From NCBI GenBank assembly GCA_963682135.1, contig OY821645.1, positions 800,001 to 864,000 of the forward strand: a DNA stretch of 64,000 nt, read 5' to 3'. The notes under the pieces are model-generated. The model was not told the origin of the DNA. It worked only from the letters and a program-made list of their open reading frames with translations, and did no database searches. This DNA is from Methanothrix sp. (GTDB lineage Archaea > Halobacteriota > Methanosarcinia > Methanotrichales > Methanotrichaceae). Positions 52,628 to 62,054 of the stretch are shown piece by piece; position 1 is the first letter of the stretch; every line of letters begins with the position of its first letter. Made by a program: the position numbers and the translations under genes.

Positions 52628-53227
52628 ATGATCCTCTGTGTCCAAATTGAAAAGCTTGGTTTTCAACTGAGCAAATTAACCCAGCTCATGAATAAGTATC
52701 AGCGCGAAGAGCCCAGTTTTGCAGATGATACGCTTGAGTGGCTCGAAGAATCAGAAAAGGCGATGAGCATTCTGCGCCTGCCGGAGGGATCGGAGATATC
52801 TGTTCTTCGAGGCCGAATTATGAAGGCTGCACATATTTCGAACATTACGGAAGGGCACTCAACTCGAAAGGCCCAACGTCAAGCTCGTGATATTGCAGCT
52901 GCAGAGTCGCTGGAGCGTGCTGAGGCAATCATGCGCGGGCGTTTGCACTCTTCGGAAGAACGTCTCCGGTTCTTTGAGGAGAAACTCTGCGAAGGGATGA
53001 CTGCTTTAATGCTCCAAACACCTCTGCCGGAAAAGACGCTACCGAATATGGAACGATTGAAGCATGTTTGGGAGCTATTGAGGCAAGAAAAGTCCACACG
53101 CCCTCTCGCTCTCTATCTGGCGGCGTCACTTTCTCCATCAGATCGTAGTTTCATACTCTACAGAGTATTAAATCGGGTATATAACGAGGGGCTTGGACAA
53201 CTGCCTTCATCAGAGTCAATTCAATAG
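52628..53227 (+). CDS. Hypothetical helical protein
   Basis: 199 aa, 1-nt gap after the previous gene (operon-like). Confidence 0.65.
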   Translation: MILCVQIEKLGFQLSKLTQLMNKYQREEPSFADDTLEWLEESEKAMSILRLPEGSEISVLRGRIMKAAHISNITEGHSTRKAQRQARDIAAAESLERAEAIMRGRLHSSEERLRFFEEKLCEGMTALMLQTPLPEKTLPNMERLKHVWELLRQEKSTRPLALYLAASLSPSDRSFILYRVLNRVYNEGLGQLPSSESIQ

Positions 53228-53361
53228 GATAGTCAGATCTTTTTTGATTTTTGATTTTATCTGTTCATCAGTATTTTATAACTTAACAATAAAATTTAAA
53301 TCCTGAAAATAACTCAGTACTTAAAATAGGTACGTTGAAAAATTTATTTAGGGTGATATGA

Positions 53362-54219
53362 ATGTCATTTACACTGATCAAAGGAACCTTCCACGTGATT
53401 GGCTACAGCCCTGATGGCGATTCCATCCGGTTCAAGGCCAAAGACCCTGCTCTCTGGAAGAAACTCTCCGGCCCGGCAGTGGAGATGAATGCCCGCGGCC
53501 ATGTCCAACTGCGCATTGAAGCCGTCGATGCTCTGGAGACACACTACCAGGGCGTCTGCCAGCCTCTGCGGCCCGCGCGTGCAGCCACTCGCTTTCTCCT
53601 CACAGAGCTGGGAATCACCGATGTCGTCTGGGATGGACCACACAGTGCAGTGACCAAGGCCCAGGATGCAACTGTGGGGTACATCCTCGCTCGCTGCACA
53701 GAAGGCAGACGCCGCCCGGTAGCCTTCGTTTTTGCCGGTGAGACTGAGGAGAAAGATGGTGCAGAAATCAACCTTGATGACTCGCTCCTCAAAGAGAGCT
53801 ACAACTACCGGCTCCTCGCCCAGGGACTCGCCTATCCCATGTACTATAACGGCCTCTTCTCGGACCTGCGCCTGCCAATGACCAGAGCGGTAGCATCCGC
53901 CCGGACGGAAGGAAAGGGGCTGTGGCCCTATGACAGAACCACGCGGGGATTTTCGGCTTCCCGCCTGAAGAGCATTACCGAGGATGTGGCCATCCTGCCC
54001 AAGCTCTTCCGCCGAATTGTGAATTACATGGGCGAGGGCGGCAAGATTGAGGGCTTCAAAGAGCATCTGCAGAAAACCTGCGAGCCACTGGTACGGATCC
54101 AGCAGGTCCACTTCACAAGATTTGATGCCATCGTTGAGACGAAGGGCGAGAAGGTGAGGCTGGCCGAGGCTCCCGAGAATCTGATATTCATGGACAAGGT
54201 GCTCTGCAAGAAGAGCTGA
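53362..54219 (+). CDS. Thermonuclease (SNase-like) family protein
   Basis: 'PDGDSIRF', 'LRIEAVDALE', 'RRPVAFVF', 'NYRLLAQGLAYP', 'ARTEGKGLW'. Confidence 0.8.
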   Translation: MSFTLIKGTFHVIGYSPDGDSIRFKAKDPALWKKLSGPAVEMNARGHVQLRIEAVDALETHYQGVCQPLRPARAATRFLLTELGITDVVWDGPHSAVTKAQDATVGYILARCTEGRRRPVAFVFAGETEEKDGAEINLDDSLLKESYNYRLLAQGLAYPMYYNGLFSDLRLPMTRAVASARTEGKGLWPYDRTTRGFSASRLKSITEDVAILPKLFRRIVNYMGEGGKIEGFKEHLQKTCEPLVRIQQVHFTRFDAIVETKGEKVRLAEAPENLIFMDKVLCKKS

Positions 54220-54341
54220 CTTGCCACAATTATTATATTCATCCTCGAATCTGAGGCGGATGTTGCCTTTGCCAAGGCAAGAGAGCTAGGAGGACCCTTC
54301 TAAAGTTCAACTATTTATCCCAAGAAAGCATACATATTCTC

Positions 54342-54758
54342 ATGCCCATCCTTCGCGAAGATAAGGACCTGAGAGAGGCCCTGACAAGCTGCCGCACCAT
54401 CTGCGTGGTCGGCATCTCCCCTGATCCCTACAAGCCCAGCTACTTCGTCTCCGATGTCCTGCAAAGCCGCGGCTTCAAGCTCTATCTGGTCAATCCCAAT
54501 TATGCAGGCCGCACCATCCTGGGTGAGAAGGTCTACGCTTGCATGGAGGACGTTCCGGATGAGATAGACATTGTGGATGTGTTCCGAAGGCCCTCAGTGG
54601 TGCCGGCTCTGGCGGAAGAGGCCAAGCAGAAAGGCTTCAAGGTCTTCTGGATGCAGCCGGGAACAGAAAGCCCGGAAGCCATAAAGAAGCTTGATGAAGA
54701 AGGATACAAAGTAGTAGCAGGAAGATGCGCTAAGATTGAATCCAGCAGATTGCTGTGA
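54342..54758 (+). CDS. CoA-binding protein (YccU-like)
   Basis: 'VVGISPDPYKPS', 'IDIVDVFR', 'FWMQPG'. Confidence 0.9.
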   Translation: MPILREDKDLREALTSCRTICVVGISPDPYKPSYFVSDVLQSRGFKLYLVNPNYAGRTILGEKVYACMEDVPDEIDIVDVFRRPSVVPALAEEAKQKGFKVFWMQPGTESPEAIKKLDEEGYKVVAGRCAKIESSRLL

Positions 54759-54767
54759 GTAATCTAA

Positions 54768-55382
54768 TCAAATTTTTATCACAAATCTATAATTCTCAGC
54801 CGACAGGACCTTGTTTAGTATTGTCTCCAGAGACCGACAGAGCTTCTCGCGGCGTTGTTGGTCATTGTTGATATCCGGCTGGTGGAAGATATAAACCAGG
54901 GCAGTACTGAGAAACTCAACCGTCTCTGTGGGATTTTCTATATGCAAGCGACCTTTTGCATTTCCTTTGACAACTAAGTCTGATAGAATGGGAACTATTC
55001 GCTCCACGGTTGCCTTTTCCAGCTTGGCATGCATTACAGCATTTATGTCTTGATGGAGAAAGTCAATGAAGTCATTGCGCTGGGATACGAACCCAAGAAT
55101 TCCATTAATAGCGGCGTTGAGCCTGATCGCCTCATCGACCCCATCATCTTCTGTGAGCCGGATGACATTCTGCTCCAAGACGGCAATGCTCTTCTCCACA
55201 ACCGCCGCCAATATATCCTCTTTGGAGCGGAAGTAGTAGTAGAGAGTTCCCTGAGCAATATTAAGCTCTTTAACAATGTCGCTGATTGCTGTATGCTCGT
55301 ATCCCCTCTCCATGAAGAGACGCTCAGCAGCATCGATCAATTCGCGTCTTCGCTCCTCCGGGTCTTTGCTAATTCGTTTCAT
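54768..55382 (-). CDS. TetR/AcrR-family transcriptional regulator
   Basis: 'ELIDAAERLFMERGY...IAQGTLYYYFRSKEDIL'. Confidence 0.93.
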   Translation of the reverse strand: MKRISKDPEERRRELIDAAERLFMERGYEHTAISDIVKELNIAQGTLYYYFRSKEDILAAVVEKSIAVLEQNVIRLTEDDGVDEAIRLNAAINGILGFVSQRNDFIDFLHQDINAVMHAKLEKATVERIVPILSDLVVKGNAKGRLHIENPTETVEFLSTALVYIFHQPDINNDQQRREKLCRSLETILNKVLSAENYRFVIKI

Positions 55383-55858
55383 ATCTCGCCTTCGGCTCTT
55401 GCAGGTACTACTAGAACCGGAATGCGGGCGTGGCGCACCACTTTCTCGGCTACGCTGCCCAGCAGGATTTTTGTAAGACCGCTCTTTCCGGTTGTGCCAA
55501 GCACAATCAGGTCGAAACCAGGATCGAGGCAAAACTTGAGCAGCACCTCACCCGGATCCCCTTCAGCAATCGCTCTTTCATAAGCCACCCCTGCATCACG
55601 GGCTTTATCCCCAATTTCCTCCAATGCCTCGCTGCCTTCCTTGAACATCAGTTCCATCAGATTGTCTTTAATTCCGGGCATCGCCGCATAGCCGGGAAGC
55701 TGAGCCAATCTATGCACATCCAAAACGTAAACTGCCATTACCATAGCTCCCGCACTCTTCCCGATGGAAATGGCATTCTCCGCAGCTTTCATGCTCGTCT
55801 CGGATCCATCTGTAGCGATCAAGATCTTTTTCAGCATATGGTCATTCATTCCCATCAC
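55379..55858 (-). CDS. uspA: Universal stress protein
   Basis: 'ILIATDGS', 'DLIVLGTTG...LLGSVAEKVVRHARIPVLVV'. Confidence 0.93.
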   Translation of the reverse strand: MMGMNDHMLKKILIATDGSETSMKAAENAISIGKSAGAMVMAVYVLDVHRLAQLPGYAAMPGIKDNLMELMFKEGSEALEEIGDKARDAGVAYERAIAEGDPGEVLLKFCLDPGFDLIVLGTTGKSGLTKILLGSVAEKVVRHARIPVLVVPARAEGEI

Positions 55859-56865
55859 ATTATATCTGCCCTACTGGACTCCTTTGCCTGAATATTCGAT
55901 TTGAGCCCTTTTTTCTCTTTCTCATTGAGCAGGCAGCCGCAAGAGCCTTCCTTGGCCATGGCGCAATTGCAGGGCTCAATATGAATAGTGACTGTGGTCC
56001 CGGGATAATGCTGTTTAATTGAGCAAGTTATCATGTCGGCAATGCGATGTGATTCGTCCACAGACATCGATGCATCGACTCTGATGTGAAATTCCACGAA
56101 GCGACTGGCACCGGCTTTTCGCGTACGCAGGCGATGAAATCCCCGGATGGTTGGAGCAAAAGCCCTTATGTGCCTGCGCACATCGTCCACCTCTTCGGGA
56201 GGAAGGCCCACATCCACCAGGTCGCGGGCAGATTCAACCGTCAGATGATAGGCAGCTCTTATGATTAGCAGAGCGACTACAATCGCTGCCACCGGATCCA
56301 CCCATCGCAGATCAACACCCGGAAGAACGAGCCCTCCAACAAAAATGACGGCCAGGCCGCCGAAAACACCCAGCGAAGTGTACACATCTGTTCGCAGATG
56401 CCATGCATCCGCCATCAGTGCAATGGAATCCGTCTCTTTACCAACTTTAAAAAGATTCTTAGAAACTAAAATATTCGCCATGACGGAAATCAACATTACA
56501 GCAATGCCAAGCCAGGCGTCATTCATAGGTTCGGGATTTCTCAGCTTTTTCACGGCCTCAAAGATGATCCAGATTGCGGCAAGAAAAATAAGCAAAGCTT
56601 CAACCGTTCCGGAGACATTCTCAACCTTGCCGTGGCCAAAGGGATGATCCTCATCCGCCGGTTTGCCTGCTTTTCTCACGGCAAATAATGCAATGATGGC
56701 CGCGAGCAGGTCCACTCCCGAATGAATGGCCTCGGATATCACAGAGACCGATCCAATCAACGTTCCCACAACAAGTTTGAGAATCACAAGGCTGGTATTT
56801 GAGATTACGGAAAGAAGAGCCACGTTTGACTTTCGCCTATTTTTTTCTGCATCATTGATTTCCAT
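55855..56865 (-). CDS. Cation diffusion facilitator (FieF-like) with Cys-rich tail
   Basis: 'EAIHSGVD', 'HPFGHGK', 'AWHLRTD', 'IHIEPC'. Confidence 0.92.
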   Translation of the reverse strand: MEINDAEKNRRKSNVALLSVISNTSLVILKLVVGTLIGSVSVISEAIHSGVDLLAAIIALFAVRKAGKPADEDHPFGHGKVENVSGTVEALLIFLAAIWIIFEAVKKLRNPEPMNDAWLGIAVMLISVMANILVSKNLFKVGKETDSIALMADAWHLRTDVYTSLGVFGGLAVIFVGGLVLPGVDLRWVDPVAAIVVALLIIRAAYHLTVESARDLVDVGLPPEEVDDVRRHIRAFAPTIRGFHRLRTRKAGASRFVEFHIRVDASMSVDESHRIADMITCSIKQHYPGTTVTIHIEPCNCAMAKEGSCGCLLNEKEKKGLKSNIQAKESSRADIM

Positions 56866-56884
56866 ATTTCGTTTCCCTTGCGAT

Positions 56885-56903
56885 ATGACTGACCGTCAGT
56901 CAT
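56885..56903. promoter_or_regulatory. Perfect palindromic operator (likely TetR site) just downstream of a TATA box
   Basis: ATGACTGAC-C-GTCAGTCAT; minus-strand TTATATA at about 56918-56912. Confidence 0.8.
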
Positions 56904-56978
56904 CGTATTAGTATATAACGGCTCTGCCATGATCCAGGGATCAGGAATCGGGACAAAAAATATGAATGAAGGCTCTAC

Positions 56979-57383
56979 TCAATTTCTTCGCCGCAATAAA
57001 CCAAATGCGGCTAGCGTGGCCAAAATGCCCAAAGCGGCCTCAAATCCCGGTTGCTGTTTAATCTGTTCGCTCACCTGCTTCTTCAGCTCCTCTGTTGCCT
57101 TCTGTTGGAGCTGTTCGGGAGTCAGGTTCTGACTTATCTGGGTGATTTTTGCGGTTGCCTGCGCGGTAAGATTATCTTTGGTGGCATTGAGATCCTGGGC
57201 AATATGCTCTTGGGTTAGATTTCCTTCGAGTACATGTTGAACAGCTTTCTCCTGGATCTGTTGTCCGGCAGCATTGAACTGTTCCTGGAGCGAACCGGCA
57301 GCAGCCTCAAGGGGATTTTGGGCAGCTGCACTTGAGATCATTGCGAAAATGCCGGCCAATAGAATCAAATGTAGAATCTTCAT
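56979..57383 (-). CDS. Gln-rich surface protein with PGF-CTERM archaeosortase signal
   Basis: Signal peptide; C-terminal 'QPGFEAALGILATLAAFGLLRRRN'. Confidence 0.85.
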   Translation of the reverse strand: MKILHLILLAGIFAMISSAAAQNPLEAAAGSLQEQFNAAGQQIQEKAVQHVLEGNLTQEHIAQDLNATKDNLTAQATAKITQISQNLTPEQLQQKATEELKKQVSEQIKQQPGFEAALGILATLAAFGLLRRRN

Positions 57384-57528
57384 GTATCTTATCACCAATT
57401 TTCCATCTTTTTTCAATACCCCCCGAATAACTATTGTTAACCTAAAAGGCTTTCGCTTCATATTCATTACTAATCAAAATATTCGCATTAGCAAAAGCTA
57501 AATAGCCAGGCCGGCAGTACCTCATTCG

Positions 57529-58398
57529 ATGTTCTCCGGCTGGGATGAATACAACCTCATTAACAAGCAACTCGCCGAACTGGTGAAAAGCCTGCCAGAT
57601 TCTCCCCTGGGGGAGATAATCAGCTATGTGCTATCCTCTCCAGGAAAAAGAGTTCGGCCCCTTATCCTGGTATTCTCCGCACAGGCAATGGGCGGCAGCG
57701 CTCCTTTGGCCCTGAACGCGGCTATGGCCATTGAGCTGGTTCATGCCGCTTCCCTGGTGCATGACGACATCCTAGACCAGGGGTTAGAGAGAAGAGGATC
57801 GCAAAGCGCATTGCAGCGTTTTGGCCCGCAAGCCTCTCTCCTGACAGGAGACTGGCTCATATCCCGATCTATAGAGTTGATGTCTCATTACAGCCAGCCG
57901 GTAATAAGCACCTTTGCCTCGGCCTGCATGGACATGTCGGAAGGGGAACTGATGGATTTATCTTACGCCTCTTCCCAGGATGAATACTTCCAATGCATCT
58001 CTAAGAAGACCGCTTCTCTCTTTTCCGCATCAGCCAAGATGGGCGGACTTATAGCCGGAGCCAGTGCGCAGGACGTGACCCGGTTGGAGAGTTATGGGAC
58101 CCACCTGGGTCTGAGCTATCAGGTACTTGATGATTTGGAGGAATTCCTGGGGCTGGATCAGGGAAAATCGTCCCAGAATATTTCGGTTACCCTTCCCATA
58201 ATCTACAGTAAGCAGTATCCGGATGATGCTGCAAGACAGATGTGCGTTAAGGTCATTGACGAGCACAGCAACCTCGCAAAAAAAGAACTTTCACTCTCAA
58301 CAGGACGCGATGTGATGTTATCTCGCCTGGAGAGCATCGTAGACGAGATGACGCACCGGGGACTAGAGAGATGCAGATTGCAAAAAAGCCTCTGCTGA
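57529..58398 (+). CDS. trans-Polyprenyl diphosphate synthase
   Basis: 'GKRVRP', FARM 'HDDILD', 'KTASLF', SARM 'YQVLDD'. Confidence 0.92.
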   Translation: MFSGWDEYNLINKQLAELVKSLPDSPLGEIISYVLSSPGKRVRPLILVFSAQAMGGSAPLALNAAMAIELVHAASLVHDDILDQGLERRGSQSALQRFGPQASLLTGDWLISRSIELMSHYSQPVISTFASACMDMSEGELMDLSYASSQDEYFQCISKKTASLFSASAKMGGLIAGASAQDVTRLESYGTHLGLSYQVLDDLEEFLGLDQGKSSQNISVTLPIIYSKQYPDDAARQMCVKVIDEHSNLAKKELSLSTGRDVMLSRLESIVDEMTHRGLERCRLQKSLC

Positions 58399-59510
58399 GG
58401 GTCGAGGCCTTTCCAGAAGGAAGAGGCATCCGGCTGGCTGCCCGCGGGGCGTTGGCGCCTTTGGCCAGACCGGTCATGGACAGGATCAATAAGATCTTCA
58501 TTGATGAGAAGCCGATAAGCAGCGGTCCGGACAGGTTCATCTTCTCCACCTGGGTTCCGCCAGCGCCAAGTGTTGCATTCGATCGCATGCTCTCTGCCCA
58601 GGTGGCGGCTTTAACCCGCCGCTCAGTTCCCGATCAGTTTTCCATAGCTGTCATGAGAGCCTGCCCCAATGACTGCATTCATTGCAGTGCTCCCTCCCGC
58701 CAGGGAGAGATACTGGAAAGCAATGTTGTAAAAGATGCCATATCCCAGGCTCTGGATATGGGATCATATCTCATAACCTTTGACGGGGGCGAGCCCATGC
58801 TGAGAAAAGATCTGCCCGATCTGGTCTCCTCCGTGGATGAGCGGGCCATTGCCACCTCATTTACCAGCGGCTATCATCTCACAGCCGAAAGGGCGAAGCA
58901 GCTCAAGCAAGCCGGGCTTTATGCGGTGCGAATCAGCATCGATAGCCCCTTTGAAAAGGAGCATGACCGGGTGCGGGGACGCGCCGGTGCCTTTGGCGAT
59001 GCGCTCGATGGCGTTAAAAATGCGCTGGATGCGGGCCTGTTGGTGGACCTCTTCATGGTGACTTCCCCCCACAACATCGACCACCTGGAAGATGCTTTTT
59101 CGCTGGCCACGGATCTGGGGGTGCATGAGCTCTCCTTTTACGAGATTGTGGCTGTGGGCCGCTGGGCTTCGCACGAGGATGAGGTGCTGACAGACGATGA
59201 TGTCCTGCGCCTCGAAAGCTTCCACAAAGAGAAGAACCGGGGGCCAGGCCCCAGGGTCACAGCTCTGCCTTATCTCCTCGGGCCGGAGATGTTCGGATGC
59301 TTTGCCGGGCGAAGGTGGATTCACGTGGATGGAGCAGGCGAAGCCTTGCCCTGCGCTTACATGCCGCTCTCCTTCGGCAATATCAAAGAGAAGAGTCTGA
59401 AGGAGATTTGGAAGGAGATGACCCACTATCAATGGTTCCAGGGGCGGTGCTCCTGTCAGATGCGGGATCGGGAGTTTAGAGAGGCGCATCGCAGCATATT
59501 GGGAAAATAG
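58371..59510 (+). CDS. Radical SAM protein with SPASM/twitch domain
   Basis: 'CPNDCIHC', 'GGEP', C-terminal 'CFAG...PCAY...C'. Confidence 0.88.
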   Translation: MQIAKKPLLRVEAFPEGRGIRLAARGALAPLARPVMDRINKIFIDEKPISSGPDRFIFSTWVPPAPSVAFDRMLSAQVAALTRRSVPDQFSIAVMRACPNDCIHCSAPSRQGEILESNVVKDAISQALDMGSYLITFDGGEPMLRKDLPDLVSSVDERAIATSFTSGYHLTAERAKQLKQAGLYAVRISIDSPFEKEHDRVRGRAGAFGDALDGVKNALDAGLLVDLFMVTSPHNIDHLEDAFSLATDLGVHELSFYEIVAVGRWASHEDEVLTDDDVLRLESFHKEKNRGPGPRVTALPYLLGPEMFGCFAGRRWIHVDGAGEALPCAYMPLSFGNIKEKSLKEIWKEMTHYQWFQGRCSCQMRDREFREAHRSILGK

Positions 59511-59637
59511 CTGCCTGCACGTCCGATGAAAATACCATCATTGAGTTCATATGTCAACGCTCTATTGCCATCAAGCGTTAGATTTATCCTTATTATTTTA
59601 CATTAAGTCTTCTTGGATTTCAGTGGAGGTTTGGTAA

Positions 59638-60177
59638 ATGTTCACTTTGAGAAAGATCATGTTAATGCTGGCTGCAATTGCCTGCATTATAGTTTGTGCC
59701 TATGCATCACCCACCCCGATAGTAATAGAGCCCGCCGGCATGGACCTGTCCCTGGGTGGAATGCAGATATCCGATCCGGAGCATACATCAGAATATCTGG
59801 CAAAGACGGGCGGCACGGCCCAGCCCGGGCTTCAGACCTATGGCCGCAATCTGGCAGGCAATTGGAGCTTACAGCTGAAAAACATGAAATCCATTCCCAT
59901 CGGCAACATTGAGCTGCGACTCCACCAATCGGAAGCGGCCCTCTTCGGCACGGGCGTCTTCAAACAGGGCTTAAACCAGCAGATAGCCACCGCCGAGGGC
60001 TCACTTCTGGAAGGGAACTCCATGATCCTCAATGTGGTATCCCTGGACAATGTCTTCCTCTACCGGATGACGCTGAACAGCGCTGACGGCAACAGCACGT
60101 CGGGAGCCTTCACCCTCTACCTGCCTACAGGCGAGGCGCCGGTGAAAGGAACTGTCTCCGGCGGCAGAAGCGATTGA
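59638..60177 (+). CDS. Secreted hypothetical protein
   Basis: Signal peptide, beta-rich body, GGAGG upstream. Confidence 0.7.
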   Translation: MFTLRKIMLMLAAIACIIVCAYASPTPIVIEPAGMDLSLGGMQISDPEHTSEYLAKTGGTAQPGLQTYGRNLAGNWSLQLKNMKSIPIGNIELRLHQSEAALFGTGVFKQGLNQQIATAEGSLLEGNSMILNVVSLDNVFLYRMTLNSADGNSTSGAFTLYLPTGEAPVKGTVSGGRSD

Positions 60178-60332
60178 CGAAGGATCAGCTGAGACGATAA
60201 TTTACAGAGAATGTTGCGAAAGTGCTTTTATATCCCACATTTTTTTTGTTTGACTTGTTTGCGAAGAACTTGAGTATTCTAAAATTGATGAAGAATGTTT
60301 ATATATTTGGGGCAACACCCGATCCAACAACC

Positions 60333-60992
60333 ATGAACGCAGATAACGGTTGTTTCTCTGCTGGCGAGACTCGGCCAACAAGCTATTATGATGAACGTAT
60401 TCCCGCAAGGACTATTGATGTGAGTTCCAGGACAAATTTAGAATCAGTTTCTGAAAATACTGCGCTGAAGATTACACAGTTCAGCAAACTATTGATTTGC
60501 CTGGGAGATAACTCCAAGTTCAGGATGGTGGCAAGGCTTCAACCTGCGCCCGGGAAGCTGGTTGAGACTCTTAATCTGCAATTTGAAAAAGCGGTTTATT
60601 CTCGGAGAATGAATGCAGTTCTCATAAAGATCCAAAGCACGATTATAACCATCTATGCCTCCGGAATCGTCACTATGACCAGACTGGGTAATGCTGACCA
60701 AGCCAGGAATCTATTAAACGATGTGATCAGCCAGATCAATAAATCGTTTGAAGATGCAGATCTCAAATTACTTCGCTGTGAAGGCAAATCGAGAATGTGC
60801 CTTGATCCAATGGAGTTGACAGCCTACCTTCCTCGCACCAACTGTATGCAGTGCGGAGTGAAAAGCTGTTTTTACTTTTCCACCCTGCTTGCATACTCCG
60901 AGGTCACAATTGAAAAGTGCAAACCCTTACAGGAGAAGCGCTATTCGGCTAATAGAGAAGCTATCGAGAGTATAATAAGCTGTGGCCCCTGA
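60333..60992 (+). CDS. Fe-S cluster-binding protein (C-terminal LPxxNCxxCGxxxC domain)
   Basis: 'ITIYASGIVTM' plus 'LPRTNCMQCGVKSCFYF...CKPL'; start uncertain. Confidence 0.75.
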   Translation: MNADNGCFSAGETRPTSYYDERIPARTIDVSSRTNLESVSENTALKITQFSKLLICLGDNSKFRMVARLQPAPGKLVETLNLQFEKAVYSRRMNAVLIKIQSTIITIYASGIVTMTRLGNADQARNLLNDVISQINKSFEDADLKLLRCEGKSRMCLDPMELTAYLPRTNCMQCGVKSCFYFSTLLAYSEVTIEKCKPLQEKRYSANREAIESIISCGP

Positions 60993-61003
60993 GGTGAGGT
61001 TAT

Positions 61004-61363
61004 TTGAAGACATTGACAATATTATTGACCGATGGCCCATATATCTCTGAATATGCAGAGATGGCCTACAAGATCGCCAACGCAGCCTTGATGGACTACA
61101 ATGTTAACATCTTCCTTTACATGGATGCTCTGCACATACCCAAGCTAGGGCAGCATCCTCAGCAATTCCCCAATGCAGGAAAGCTTTTCTTGAATCTGGC
61201 AGATAGGGGCGCAATAATCAGGGCGTGTCCGAGATGTGGAATGGCAAGAGGATATTGCCCCGAAAACACCAAAGATTATCCTGAGGCCATAAAAATAACC
61301 AGCCTTCACGATTTCCAGAAAATGATTGCTGAAAGCGACAGAGTAATCTCCATCACAAGATAG
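61004..61363 (+). CDS. DsrE/TusD-like sulfur relay protein
   Basis: 'DGPY', 'IFLYMDA', 'ACPRCGMARG'. Confidence 0.82.
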   Translation: MKTLTILLTDGPYISEYAEMAYKIANAALMDYNVNIFLYMDALHIPKLGQHPQQFPNAGKLFLNLADRGAIIRACPRCGMARGYCPENTKDYPEAIKITSLHDFQKMIAESDRVISITR

Positions 61364-61375
61364 GAGCTTTTTATT

Positions 61376-61717
61376 ATGAAGTCGGTTATATATTTAATAG
61401 ATTCCGCGCCTTATGGCACAGAGAAGGCATATGGTGCGCTCCATGCCGCCATCGTAAGCCTGCCACATAGCGCAACCATAGGGTTATGGGGCGATGGCGC
61501 TTACTTGGCCTTGGCAAACCAGGATAGCAACTCCCTGGATGCCCCTAACCTCAGCCATTTCCTTTATGCCTATCCAGAGATAAGAATGATAGCCCATAAA
61601 CAATCATTGGAAGAGCGGAATCTTCTGGACAAGAATTTGGTAGAACTGGTGGAAATTTTAGATGGCGATAAGTTCTACCAAGAGATCAAGAACTTCGATT
61701 GCATGATGCTTCTTTGA
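61376..61717 (+). CDS. DsrF/TusC-like protein
   Basis: 'SAPYGTE', 'GDGAY', 'SLEERNL'. Confidence 0.8.
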   Translation: MKSVIYLIDSAPYGTEKAYGALHAAIVSLPHSATIGLWGDGAYLALANQDSNSLDAPNLSHFLYAYPEIRMIAHKQSLEERNLLDKNLVELVEILDGDKFYQEIKNFDCMMLL

Positions 61718-61727
61718 GGCTAAACCA

Positions 61728-62018
61728 ATGGCAGATGTATTCGTATTAACCAAGGCACCGATAACCTCGAGATCACAGCTTTGTTTTAGATTAATGGAAA
61801 GCTCCCAGAATGCAAAGTTGTACCTCGTAGGCGATGGCGTATACCACTTGCTTAACATATCAGCTTTACCCAAAACAACTGAGGGGACTGTGGTCTGCAA
61901 AGAGGATGCCTTGGCCAGAGGTGTCCTCATAACGGATGAGATTGCAGTTCCGGATGATTTTTATGGGAAATTGATAAAGGATATGATGGAGAATTCGGAT
62001 AAAGTCTATGTATTCTAG
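61728..62018 (+). CDS. DsrH/TusB-like protein
   Basis: 'LVGDGVY', 'EDALARGV'. Confidence 0.8.
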   Translation: MADVFVLTKAPITSRSQLCFRLMESSQNAKLYLVGDGVYHLLNISALPKTTEGTVVCKEDALARGVLITDEIAVPDDFYGKLIKDMMENSDKVYVF

Positions 62019-62054
62019 CTCTGGCATTATGTCACCGATCCAGCATATTTGATT

